From positions 65,018-129,017 of the forward strand of contig JAUYKS010000002.1 in the NCBI GenBank assembly GCA_030699935.1: a DNA stretch of 64,000 nt, in the 5' to 3' direction. Both the position numbers and the translations under genes were made by a program. This document shows, piece after piece, positions 29,317 through 38,626 of the stretch. The notes under the pieces were generated by a model. It searched no databases. It worked only from the letters and a program-made list of their open reading frames with translations, and was not told where the DNA came from. Source of the stretch: a bacterium. Lineage in GTDB: Bacteria; Patescibacteriota; SICC01. Each line of letters starts with the position of its first letter. The first letter of the stretch is position 1.

Positions 29317-29343
29317 TTAGCACTCTCATTTACAGAGTGCTAA
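29317..29343. promoter_or_regulatory. CIRCE operator (HrcA binding site)
   Basis: Perfect TTAGCACTC-N9-GAGTGCTAA directly upstream of hrcA. Confidence 0.97.
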
Positions 29344-29367
29344 AAAACTGATAAATTGCATCCTGTC

Positions 29368-30072
29368 ATGCTTTCCGCACGAGAAAACCAGATCTTGAGG
29401 GCGATCGTCCACGAGTATCTGAACTCGGCCCAGCCGGTCGGTTCCAGCGTGCTTCGGGTCCGCTACGGATTCGGGGTGTCCCCGGCCACGATCCGGAACG
29501 TGATGTCGGCGCTGACCGAGGCCGGATTCCTCGAGCAGCCTCACGTCTCGGCCGGGCGGGTGCCGACGGACCGGGCGTTCCGGTTGTTCATGGAAAGCGC
29601 CCCGACCAAGGACCCGTCCATCTCCGAACAACAGAAGTTAACGCGGCGGCTGGAAAAGGCCGGATCGGCGCCCGAAGCGTCGCGCCGGCTGGCCGAGCAG
29701 CTCTCGGAAACCGCAGGCGCGGCGGGCATTCACATGGACGCGGATGGCGTCCAGCTGTATAACCTGGCGAACGTATTCGGCCAGGCGGAATTCCAGGATC
29801 CGCACGTCGCGTCGTATTTGGCGGAGCTGCTGGACCGTGCGAAGGAGTGGTTTCCGAAGCTGGCGGGCCGGACCACGCGGCTGGGTATCCGGATCGGCGC
29901 CGAGCATGAGGACTTCCGGGCCCGCGCGGTGGCGATTCTCGGGCTCAAGCTGAAGCCGACTTCGCAATACGAGTCGCGGGTCGGCGTGATCGGCTCCACG
30001 CGGATGCCGTACCAGCGCCTGACCGCGCTGTTCGACTATGGCAGGAAGGAGCTGAGTCGTGTCTACGGATAA
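29368..30072 (+). CDS. hrcA: Heat-inducible transcription repressor HrcA (short form)
   Basis: IL.AIVHEYL..AQPVGS, SPATIRNVM, QPHVSAGRVPT, GVIGSTRMPY; CIRCE upstream. Confidence 0.93.
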   Translation: MLSARENQILRAIVHEYLNSAQPVGSSVLRVRYGFGVSPATIRNVMSALTEAGFLEQPHVSAGRVPTDRAFRLFMESAPTKDPSISEQQKLTRRLEKAGSAPEASRRLAEQLSETAGAAGIHMDADGVQLYNLANVFGQAEFQDPHVASYLAELLDRAKEWFPKLAGRTTRLGIRIGAEHEDFRARAVAILGLKLKPTSQYESRVGVIGSTRMPYQRLTALFDYGRKELSRVYG

Positions 30073-30667
30073 ACGCCAGGATCCGGCGAAGGACGACCAG
30101 AAGGGCCCGAAGGTCACGATCAAGCAGAAGGGCCCGCGGATCGAGCGGGATCCGGCGAAGGACGCCGGGAAACAGGCTCAGACCGGCGACCAAGCGCGCC
30201 AGGAGGTCGGATACGCCGGACCGTCTCCCGAAGAAGAGAACCTTCGCGAACAGATGGCGCGGCTGCAGGCCGACTTCACGAACTTCAAACAACGGACGGA
30301 ACGGGATCGGCTCCAGATGGTCGCGGATGCGCACGGCGACCTCGCCGTCCAGCTCCTACCGGTGATCGACAACTTCGACCGCGCCGCGGAGCACGTGCCG
30401 GAACAAGTCAAGAATGACCCGTGGTACACGGGCGTCGAGGGCATCCGCAAACAGTTCAACGACTTACTCAAGGAACTCGGAATCGAACGGATCGAGGCGG
30501 TCGGTCAGCCGTTCGACCCCGAGCTCCATGAAGCGCTCGGCCACGAGCCGAACGACGAGTACGGCAAGGACGTCGTCACCAAGGAGTTCGAAGCCGGCTA
30601 CAAGATGGGTGAGAAGGTCATCCGCCCGGCGAAAGTACAAGTATCAAGTGGGAAGCAAGGGTCATGA
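30059..30667 (+). CDS. grpE: Nucleotide exchange factor GrpE
   Basis: RLQADFTNFKQR, LLPVIDNFDRA, FDPELHEA, GY..GEKVIRPAKVQV. Confidence 0.96.
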   Translation: MSTDKRQDPAKDDQKGPKVTIKQKGPRIERDPAKDAGKQAQTGDQARQEVGYAGPSPEEENLREQMARLQADFTNFKQRTERDRLQMVADAHGDLAVQLLPVIDNFDRAAEHVPEQVKNDPWYTGVEGIRKQFNDLLKELGIERIEAVGQPFDPELHEALGHEPNDEYGKDVVTKEFEAGYKMGEKVIRPAKVQVSSGKQGS

Positions 30668-30999
30668 CCGTCGAATCTCCGGAATTGCAACGGGCTCGTG
30701 AACTGAGTGAACGCTTGGATGCGGTTGAGGAATACCTCCGCGATAACCGAGTATCCTGGGAAGACTACATGGGCGATTGTCTCCGTGACACGATTCAGTA
30801 CATGAGCGTGTCTGGGAACACTCAGAACCCGGAGCTAAAGGAACTTTTCGGCGAGTTGTGCGAAAAACACGGAAGCGTTATGTGGGGAGGCAGCGAAGCA
30901 CAGTTGAAGAATCGTTTGGATATAGCAGGGCTTTTGTTGAAGCTTTCAGATAAGGGAGTTTCATTCCCGGATGAGTTAAATAAGAAAGGAGAAAAGTAA
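30664..30999 (+). CDS. Low-GC orphan inserted between grpE and dnaK
   Basis: 111-aa ORF with an ATGA overlap with grpE and a TAATG overlap with dnaK. Confidence 0.65.
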   Translation: MTVESPELQRARELSERLDAVEEYLRDNRVSWEDYMGDCLRDTIQYMSVSGNTQNPELKELFGELCEKHGSVMWGGSEAQLKNRLDIAGLLLKLSDKGVSFPDELNKKGEK

Positions 31000-32984
31000 T
31001 GACTAAGATCATCGGTATCGACCTCGGTACCACAAACTCGGCCGCAGCCGTCCTCGAGGGCGGCGAGTCGAAGATCATCCCGAACAAGGAAGGCGGCCGG
31101 CTGACCCCGTCCGTCGTCGCGATCGGCAAGAACAAGGAACGGCTGGTCGGGCAGGTCGCGCGGCGCCAGCAGGTGACCAACCCGGAGAACACGATCTACT
31201 CCGTGAAGCGCCTGATGGGCCGGAAGTTCAAGGACCCGATCGTCCAAAAGGAGACCAAGCTGCTGCCGTACAAGCTGGAAGAGGCCAGCAACGGCGACGT
31301 GAAGGTGAAGATGGGCGACAAGTCGTATTCGCCGCAGGAAATCTCGGCGATGGTGCTGCAGAAGATCAAGACGGACGCGGAAGCGTACCTCGGCGAGAAG
31401 GTCACCGACGCGGTGGTCACCGTACCGGCGTACTTCAACGACTCACAGCGGAACGCCACCAAGGATGCCGGCAAGATCGCCGGGCTGAACGTGAAGCGGA
31501 TCATCAACGAGCCGACCGCCAGCTCCCTGGCCTACGGACTCGACAAGAAGAAGGAAGAGAAGATCGCGGTGTTCGACCTCGGCGGCGGCACCTTCGACAT
31601 CACGATCCTCGAGCTCGGGGACGGCGTGTTCGAGGTGAAGTCGACCAACGGCGACACGCACCTCGGCGGCGACGACTTCGACCAGGTGATCATCGACCAC
31701 CTGGTGGCCGAGTTCAAGAAGGACCAGGGCGTTGATCTGGCGCAGGACCGCCAGGCGCTGCAGCGGCTCAAGGAAGCGGCCGAGAAAGCGAAGATCGAGC
31801 TCTCGACCACCGGCGAGTCGGAAATCAACATCCCGTTCGTCACCGCGGACGACTCCGGTCCGAAGCACCTCAACCTGAAGCTGACGCGCGCTAAGCTCGA
31901 ACAGCTGGTCGGCGACCTGATCAAGCGGACCACGGAACCGTGCCACAAGGCGCTCGAGGACGCGGGCCTGAAGACCAGCGACATCGACGAGGTGATCCTA
32001 GTCGGCGGCATGACCCGGATGCCGTCGGTGCACGCGGCGGTGAAGGACATCTTCGGCAAGGAACCGAACCGGAACGTGAACCCCGACGAAGCGGTCGCGC
32101 TCGGCGCGGCGATCCAGGGCGGCGTGCTTTCCGGCGACGTGAAGGACCTGCTGCTGCTCGACGTCACCCCGCTGACGCTCGGTATCGAGACTCTCGGCGG
32201 CGTGTCTACCCCGCTGATCGAACGGAACACCACGATCCCGACCAGCAAGAGCCAGGTCTTCTCGACGGCGGCGGACAACCAGAACTCGGTGGACGTCCAC
32301 GTGCTGCAAGGCGAGCGAAAGATTTCCGCGGACAACAAATCGCTCGGACGGTTCGTGCTCGACGGCATCCCGCCAGCGCCGCGCGGCGTACCTCAGGTCG
32401 AGGTCACCTTCGACATCGACGCCAACGGCATCCTCAACGTCTCGGCCAAGGACAAGGGCACCGGCAAGGAGCAGAAGATCACGATCCAGGGTTCCAGCGG
32501 CCTGTCCGACACCGAAGTCGAGAACATGCGGAAAGACGCGGAATCGCACGCGGCCGACGACGCCAAGAAGGCGGAGCTGATCGAAGCGCGGAACGCGGCC
32601 GACAACCTGATCTACTCCAGCGAGAAGACGGTCAAGGACGCCGGCGCCAAGGTCTCCGAAGCGGACAAGAACGAGGTCGACGAGAAGATCAAAGCGGTCC
32701 GCGAAGTGCTGGACGGTGAAGACGCCGAGGCGATCAAGACGAAGACGAACGAGCTGTCCGAGGCGATCCAGAAGGTCGGCGCCGCGATCTACCAACAGGG
32801 CGGCGGTGATTCGGGCGACGCCGGAGGCGGATCGGAGTCCGCCCAATCCGAAGAGTCTGCCGGAGACGGCGTGGACCACACGACCTCCGCCGACCAGACT
32901 CCGGACGAGGAGAAGCCGGAGGGCGATTCCAAGGAAAAGACCGAGAAACCCAAGGACAAACCTGACGAAGAAGAGAAGAAGTAG
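30999..32984 (+). CDS. dnaK: Chaperone DnaK
   Basis: [36 protein letters not shown]. Confidence 0.99.
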   Translation: MTKIIGIDLGTTNSAAAVLEGGESKIIPNKEGGRLTPSVVAIGKNKERLVGQVARRQQVTNPENTIYSVKRLMGRKFKDPIVQKETKLLPYKLEEASNGDVKVKMGDKSYSPQEISAMVLQKIKTDAEAYLGEKVTDAVVTVPAYFNDSQRNATKDAGKIAGLNVKRIINEPTASSLAYGLDKKKEEKIAVFDLGGGTFDITILELGDGVFEVKSTNGDTHLGGDDFDQVIIDHLVAEFKKDQGVDLAQDRQALQRLKEAAEKAKIELSTTGESEINIPFVTADDSGPKHLNLKLTRAKLEQLVGDLIKRTTEPCHKALEDAGLKTSDIDEVILVGGMTRMPSVHAAVKDIFGKEPNRNVNPDEAVALGAAIQGGVLSGDVKDLLLLDVTPLTLGIETLGGVSTPLIERNTTIPTSKSQVFSTAADNQNSVDVHVLQGERKISADNKSLGRFVLDGIPPAPRGVPQVEVTFDIDANGILNVSAKDKGTGKEQKITIQGSSGLSDTEVENMRKDAESHAADDAKKAELIEARNAADNLIYSSEKTVKDAGAKVSEADKNEVDEKIKAVREVLDGEDAEAIKTKTNELSEAIQKVGAAIYQQGGGDSGDAGGGSESAQSEESAGDGVDHTTSADQTPDEEKPEGDSKEKTEKPKDKPDEEEKK

Positions 32985-32993
32985 CGTTATGGT

Positions 32994-33020
32994 GGTCCGG
33001 CGCTCGCCCGGCGCCGGACC
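32994..33020. terminator. GC-rich hairpin after dnaK (no U-tract)
   Basis: GGTCCGGCGC / GCGCCGGACC 10-bp stem. Confidence 0.45.
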
Positions 33021-33038
33021 GCACGGTACGATGGTCCC

Positions 33039-33680
33039 ATGCGGATAAGGCGTATAGGGGAGCTGGCGCGGATCATCGGAGTCATCGTCGCGGGGACGGC
33101 GGTGCTCGGCATCGCCGGCTGCGGCAAACAGCCGAACGCCGGCCCGGCGCCGGACATCATCGCGACCAAGACGCCGAACCCGATCGAACAATCCAAGGAG
33201 CGCTATACCGAATCGCTGGAGCGGGCCAAGGCCTGGCAGCAAAACGCCGAGCTGGCCCGCGTCTATCGGAAGTACAGCGGCACGCTGGCGCCGTCCTCGC
33301 CGACGCCGCTGGTCTATGCCTTTTCCTCATTGGCGGATCCGAAGTCCACGTTCGAAGTCGAATTCCAAGGGGAAGACGTCTCCGACCGGGCCGTGAAGAA
33401 GCAACCGTTCGAACTGCTTTTCAATCCGATCGACGTGGCGCAGTGGAAGGTAGCACCCGAGGACGCGCTGCGGATCGCGGAGGAAGCCGGCGGCGAAGCC
33501 TTCCGCGAGGATCACCTTGCCGGATACCGCGTCCTCCAGCAGTTGTCGAAGATGGGCTCGCATCCGCTCCAGTGGTACTTCCGGTACGACGCCGGCGACG
33601 GCAGCCGGGCGAGGCTGGAAGTCTACGTGAACGCCGGGACCAAGGCGGTCGAATTCAAGAAGCAGTCGAAGCAGCCCTGA
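33039..33680 (+). CDS. Putative lipoprotein
   Basis: Signal peptide with the lipobox IAG|C. Confidence 0.7.
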   Translation: MRIRRIGELARIIGVIVAGTAVLGIAGCGKQPNAGPAPDIIATKTPNPIEQSKERYTESLERAKAWQQNAELARVYRKYSGTLAPSSPTPLVYAFSSLADPKSTFEVEFQGEDVSDRAVKKQPFELLFNPIDVAQWKVAPEDALRIAEEAGGEAFREDHLAGYRVLQQLSKMGSHPLQWYFRYDAGDGSRARLEVYVNAGTKAVEFKKQSKQP

Positions 33681-33684
33681 CCGG

Positions 33685-34968
33685 TTAGAAGTGAGCGTCC
33701 AGAGTTTTTTGCAGGCTGGCTTCCTTTGGCAAGTGGTTACCCCCGACGACCAGTAACCAGTTATCACGAGTGAGATAACGTTGTGCGGTATCGATCAGCT
33801 CCCCACGGTCTACCGCAGCGTATTCTCGGCGCCGCATTTCCGGACTGATGAGAGAACGATCCTCTGCGAACCGCTCTCCGTACCAGTCGGCGTAATCCCG
33901 CGGCGTTTCGTATGTCCGGGCCATACCGCCGATAACGTTTCCCCGGGCCAGTTCCAATTCGGAGTCTGTGAACCGTCCCCGGCGGAGCGCGGAAAGTTCG
34001 GATACGACCAACCCTAGAAGCGGCAGGAACTTACGCGGGTTGGTTTCAGCGCTGACCGTAAGGCCGGTCATATCACGATCGCTTCCCCTATCTACGTCGA
34101 TCCCATAGGCTAAGCCAGCCCGGCGTACTTTTTGGTACAACCGAGCCGAAGGGGATTCATCGCACAGAGCACAGAGTAAGCGCAGGCTAGCGAGGGAGCG
34201 TTCGTCGTAACCGGCCCGGGCGAAATCCAGCGAAAAGTACTGTTGGCTCCAACTCGCCGGCAGCAACTTGATTTTCCGCTGGAAGTTTCCCAGCCGGGCC
34301 GGCTGCCAGTCGATGCGCCGACCCCGCGGCCGGCCAGCTAGTAATCGGTTCAGTTCTTTCCTTAACCGCCTTACTCGCGCTGAGCCGAAAGGACCGGCTG
34401 CTACGAACCGCATGTTTCGGGTGCCGTACATTTCGCGATGGAAGCGGACGATATCAGACCGCCCGATGGTTTTCATGCGACGGACCCGGGCTTTCCAGGA
34501 CGGCCGGAGCGATGGGATCTGAGTCTGGTTCAACCGGTATCCCACCCGCCGCTCAGGGTCCTCTTGGTATTCATTAAGCTCCGATTCTATCACCTGTTTT
34601 TCTTGTTCGATCGAGCGTGTTTTGAACAAGGGTTCGAACAGCTGAGACACGGCCAGCGGAAGAATATTCCAAATCTGTTCCGGCGAAGTCGAAAATTCGT
34701 AGACGTTCTCATCCGGATTAGTGAGCGCGTTAGCGTACGAGCCGGTCCGGTCTATTGGTTCATTGAACGCCGGGCCGTTTGGATACCGTTTCGTACCTTC
34801 AAACGCCAGGTGCTCGAGCAAATGAGGAAGTTCGTAGTGTTGGGGGTTCGCGTACCGGTATCCGCTTCGCACATAAGTATTGAATTGGACAGACCCGGAG
34901 TGAGGGAGGTTGACCGCCAAGAGCTCTGCCCCGCTCTTTAGTGAATGGGTGCTGACCTGATGTTTCAT
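33685..34968 (-). CDS. M16 (pitrilysin-family) zinc peptidase
   Basis: HLLEH inverted zincin motif, NALT, EKQVIESE, VRRAGLAYGI. Confidence 0.9.
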   Translation of the reverse strand: MKHQVSTHSLKSGAELLAVNLPHSGSVQFNTYVRSGYRYANPQHYELPHLLEHLAFEGTKRYPNGPAFNEPIDRTGSYANALTNPDENVYEFSTSPEQIWNILPLAVSQLFEPLFKTRSIEQEKQVIESELNEYQEDPERRVGYRLNQTQIPSLRPSWKARVRRMKTIGRSDIVRFHREMYGTRNMRFVAAGPFGSARVRRLRKELNRLLAGRPRGRRIDWQPARLGNFQRKIKLLPASWSQQYFSLDFARAGYDERSLASLRLLCALCDESPSARLYQKVRRAGLAYGIDVDRGSDRDMTGLTVSAETNPRKFLPLLGLVVSELSALRRGRFTDSELELARGNVIGGMARTYETPRDYADWYGERFAEDRSLISPEMRRREYAAVDRGELIDTAQRYLTRDNWLLVVGGNHLPKEASLQKTLDAHF

Positions 34969-35003
34969 CATGTTTAGTATAGGCAGTAATGTAATCTGTA
35001 AGT

Positions 35004-36038
35004 ATGGCGAAGGAAACCTACTACGATGTTCTCGGCGTCGCGCGGACGGCGACGGAAGACGATATCAAGAAGTCCTACCGGACGCTGGCGAGGGAATACC
35101 ATCCCGACGTCAACAAGGGCGCGGAGGCCGAGGAGCGCTTCAAGAAGATCAACGAGGCATACGGCACGCTGTCCGATTCGCTGAAGCGCGCCGACTACGA
35201 TCAGTCGCTGGCCGATACGGGCGTGAAGGGTGCCGGCCCGGCACCGGCGGGTGGACCGGCGGGAGCTGCCCAAGCGGAGGCCGCCGCGGCCGAGACCCCG
35301 TTCCGCCAAGCGATGGTACGCGCCGCGCTGCTCCGGACGTTCATATTCGGGATGATCGCGGCGCTGGCCGGAGGACTGCTGGCGGTCGCGCTCGGCTTCC
35401 TGACCGAATCCGCGTTCAGCGTCACGACGACTATCCAAGGCGCGATCCCCGGCCTGCTGGTCGGGCTGCTCTGGGGGGCGGACTATAACTTCAAGGTAGA
35501 GTCCTTCCTCGGCACCGGATGGCTCGGCCGGAGCTACACGCTGGCCCGGACCATCCTGATGAGCCTCGGCCTGGCCTACTACGGCGGCCTGCTCGGCGGG
35601 ACGGTCGATGCCGCCGTGGACACGAATGTGTTCACGCTGCCGCTGATCCTGATCGGCGTGCTGGCCGGGGCGGTGATCGGCTCCGACGGAGACACGGTCG
35701 ACAAGCTGCGCTCCGGGGCCGGCCGGTTCAACCTGTTCTACACGCTGATCCGCGGCGCCGAAGTCGGCGCGGTCGGCGCTTTCGTCGGCGCCGGGCTCGG
35801 CGCGATCCTGGCGGTCTCCGGCCAGCCCGCCGCCGCGTTCGGCTGGAGCGTCTTCACCGGCTTCGTGCTCGGGATGATCGCCGGCTCGATCAAACCTCCG
35901 AACCTGGCGGCCTATGCCAGCTACGCCTCGGCGTCCGTGAAAAGCATCATCATCGTGCTGATGGTGCTCGTTGCGCTGGTAGTCGGCATCTTGTTCGGGA
36001 TGGTGGTGGATCCGGCCACGTTCGGACTATCGGGGTAG
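35004..36038 (+). CDS. J-domain protein fused to a polytopic Gly-rich membrane domain
   Basis: YYDVLGV...YHPD...FKKINEAY followed by about 8 hydrophobic helices. Confidence 0.85.
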   Translation: MAKETYYDVLGVARTATEDDIKKSYRTLAREYHPDVNKGAEAEERFKKINEAYGTLSDSLKRADYDQSLADTGVKGAGPAPAGGPAGAAQAEAAAAETPFRQAMVRAALLRTFIFGMIAALAGGLLAVALGFLTESAFSVTTTIQGAIPGLLVGLLWGADYNFKVESFLGTGWLGRSYTLARTILMSLGLAYYGGLLGGTVDAAVDTNVFTLPLILIGVLAGAVIGSDGDTVDKLRSGAGRFNLFYTLIRGAEVGAVGAFVGAGLGAILAVSGQPAAAFGWSVFTGFVLGMIAGSIKPPNLAAYASYASASVKSIIIVLMVLVALVVGILFGMVVDPATFGLSG

Positions 36039-36050
36039 ACTGGATACGTT

Positions 36051-37205
36051 ATGCCTACCAGCAGGGATTATTACGATATCTTAGGCGTCGGGAAGACCGC
36101 CTCGGTTTCCGACGTCAAGAAAGCCTACCGTAAGCTCGCGCACAAGTATCATCCCGACAAGGGCGGCACGGCCGAGGACGAGAAGAAGTTCAAGGAAGTG
36201 CAGGAGGCCTACGAAGTGCTGTCCGACCAGCAGAAGCGGGCGGCGTATGATCAGTTCGGCAAGGCTGGCGCCCACGGCGCGGGCCCGGGTGCCGGACCGG
36301 GCGGAGCAGGATTCGGCGGATTCAACCCGCAGGACTTCGCGGGACAGGGATTCGACTTCGGTAACCTCGGCGACCTGTTCGAGCAGATGTTCACCGGCGG
36401 ATTCGGAGGCGGCGGCGGCACGCGGCGGCGCGGTCCGTCGCGCGGCTCCGACCTGCAGATGACGGTGACGATCGATTTCGACGAAGCCGTCCGCGGCGTC
36501 ACCAAACAGGTGTCGCTGAACCGGCGGGCGACCTGCGAGACTTGCGGCGGGAGCGGCGCGGCCAAAGGTTCGAAGATCGTGACCTGCGACCGCTGTGGCG
36601 GCCAAGGCCAGGTGCAAGTCACCCGGCGAACGGTGCTCGGCACGATGGCCCAAGTCGCGGAGTGCCCGGAATGCCACGGCGAGGGCAAGCGCCCGGAAAA
36701 GCCGTGCCCGGCGTGCGCCGGCGAAGGCCGCAAGCAGAAGAAAGAGACGCTGACCGTGGAGATCCCGGCGGGAATCGACGAGGGCCAGACGATCCGGATC
36801 CAAGGCGCCGGCGAAGCGGGCGAGCGCGGCGCGCCGTCGGGCCACGCCTACGTGATCGTCCACGTGAAGCCGTCGAAAGTCTTCGAGCGCGACGGTACCA
36901 TGCTCGGCGTGACCGTCCCGATCAGCTTCCCGCAGGCGACGCTCGGCGACACGGTCGAGGTACCGACCGCGACCGGCAAGACGACGCTGAAGATTCCGGC
37001 CGGTACCCAGAGCGGCGAGACGTTCACGGTCAAGGGCCAGGGCATGCCGAAACTGAACGCGGCCGGAGCCGGCGACCTCAAGGTAACCGTCCAGGTCGCG
37101 GTACCGCAGAAGCTGACCGCCGAAGAGAAGCGTTTAGTCGAGGAGCTCGGACGGAAGGAAGGCCCCAAGCCGAAGAAGGGCTTTTTGGATAAGCTCGGGC
37201 TGTAG
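36051..37205 (+). CDS. dnaJ: Chaperone DnaJ
   Basis: J domain with HPD, G/F region, four CxxCxGxG repeats and the C-terminal domain. Confidence 0.98.
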   Translation: MPTSRDYYDILGVGKTASVSDVKKAYRKLAHKYHPDKGGTAEDEKKFKEVQEAYEVLSDQQKRAAYDQFGKAGAHGAGPGAGPGGAGFGGFNPQDFAGQGFDFGNLGDLFEQMFTGGFGGGGGTRRRGPSRGSDLQMTVTIDFDEAVRGVTKQVSLNRRATCETCGGSGAAKGSKIVTCDRCGGQGQVQVTRRTVLGTMAQVAECPECHGEGKRPEKPCPACAGEGRKQKKETLTVEIPAGIDEGQTIRIQGAGEAGERGAPSGHAYVIVHVKPSKVFERDGTMLGVTVPISFPQATLGDTVEVPTATGKTTLKIPAGTQSGETFTVKGQGMPKLNAAGAGDLKVTVQVAVPQKLTAEEKRLVEELGRKEGPKPKKGFLDKLGL

Positions 37206-37308
37206 TCCCGTCGCCTACTTTATTGTTCTCTTGTTCATTTGTGCTTTGCCGCCTCGGGCGTATAGTATGAAACTAACTTTGCAGAAAGCCTCAAAGTAAA
37301 AAAGAAAC

Positions 37309-37836
37309 ATGATACCCGTACAATTTTTCACCGGACTTGACGTGAACAGTCCCAGTTGGGATTTGTTCATCTTTTTGTTCTTCATCGTCGCGACGTTCGT
37401 CTACGGCTTCACGCTCGGCCGCTCGCGGATCATGGTGCTGCTGGTCAGCACCTACATGGCGTTGGCACTCGTCTCGGTCGCACCGTTCCTCGACCAAACG
37501 CCCTCGGTGACGGTCGGCTCCAGCCCGTTCTTCATCATCCAGATCACCGCCTTCATCGCCACGATGCTGCTGATCTTCTTCTTCCTGTCGAACTCGGCGC
37601 TCCGCCGGGCGTTCGCCGCGCAGGAGATCCAGGGCAAGGCCTGGCAGATCATCGCGTTCTCGATCCTGCACGCCGGACTGTTGGTCGCGATCGTGCTCTC
37701 GTTCGTGCCGGAGGAACGCCGCGCCGCGTTGCTCGATGTCACGCAAGGAATGTTCGCCACGGACACGGCGTTGTTCATCTGGGCGGCGTTGCCGATCGTC
37801 GTGATGATGTTCGTCCAGGATCCGGAAGAAGAATAG
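37309..37836 (+). CDS. Membrane protein, possibly CvpA-like
   Basis: About 5 TM helices; family call tentative. Confidence 0.6.
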   Translation: MIPVQFFTGLDVNSPSWDLFIFLFFIVATFVYGFTLGRSRIMVLLVSTYMALALVSVAPFLDQTPSVTVGSSPFFIIQITAFIATMLLIFFFLSNSALRRAFAAQEIQGKAWQIIAFSILHAGLLVAIVLSFVPEERRAALLDVTQGMFATDTALFIWAALPIVVMMFVQDPEEE

Positions 37837-37858
37837 CTTCGGGTACAATGAGACCGCT

Positions 37859-37931
37859 GCCCCGGTAGCTCAGTTGGCAGAGCAGTGGGCTTTTAACCCA
37901 TGTGTCACAGGTTCGAGACCTGTCCGGGGCA
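37859..37931 (+). tRNA. tRNA-Lys(UUU); CCA end not encoded
   Basis: Acceptor GCCCCGG/CCGGGGC, D-arm GCTC/GAGC, anticodon arm GTGGG-CTTTTAA-CCCAT, T-loop GGTTCGAGACC. Confidence 0.95.
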
Positions 37932-37961
37932 CAGTGACGATGGGCAAATAGCGAACCGGGT

Positions 37962-38522
37962 TCAGACCGAGCTGACCTGGAACCCCAGGTCTCGGGCGAT
38001 TGCCTGGTGCGCGGGTTTTCGGTCGACGAAGATGATTCCGTTCGGATCCGCCTGCAGCCGCCCGGCGGCCAACTGCAGCAAGCCGGCGTAGTCGCGCTCT
38101 TCGTCCAGTTCCGAGCCGATCACATGCACGTGCAGCAGCTCGTCGAGCTGGTAGCGCTTCCGGAACTGCCCGACGAAGTCCGGCGCGGCATCCGAGACCA
38201 GCCCCAGCACGTGGTCCGCCGACTGGACCCGGATCTTTCCGAGCGCGGCCTGGTCCACGGTGGCCGCGTTGATCGCGAAAGCCTGGAGGATGTCGACGTC
38301 CTCTAGCGCGAGCTTCAGCGCGACGCGCCCCCAGTGCTCGACTTGGGTGATCTCGCCGCGGTCGTAGGCGGGCTTGGAATCGTCGATCGCCGCCGCCACC
38401 TCGTCGAGCGGCCGCTCGAGGCCCTCCGCGAGATCCTCGGCACTGGGCGACAGGTCGTCGGTGACGATGACGCCGAGGTCGTAGAGGACGGTCGGCTTCG
38501 AGGATGTAGGCTTGGAACCCAT
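37962..38522 (-). CDS. Degenerate HAD-superfamily hydrolase-like protein
   Basis: VLYDLGVIV (motif I-like), LVSDA, IIFVDRK..H...ARDLG; the motif III Lys is not evident. Confidence 0.6.
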   Translation of the reverse strand: MGSKPTSSKPTVLYDLGVIVTDDLSPSAEDLAEGLERPLDEVAAAIDDSKPAYDRGEITQVEHWGRVALKLALEDVDILQAFAINAATVDQAALGKIRVQSADHVLGLVSDAAPDFVGQFRKRYQLDELLHVHVIGSELDEERDYAGLLQLAAGRLQADPNGIIFVDRKPAHQAIARDLGFQVSSV

Positions 38523-38579
38523 GCGTCCAGGATACCAAGGAAGTGCCATATAATTATGGGTACGCAACGGCACCCAGTC

Positions 38580-38620
38580 TTGACAAAGTGCCCAAAATTT
38601 GCTATGTTAAGGCAATTTTC
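38580..38620 (+). promoter_or_regulatory. Sigma-70 promoter
   Basis: TTGACA-N17-TATGTT with extended TG, then AAGGCAATTTT. Confidence 0.7.
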
Positions 38621-38626
38621 AAAGAT

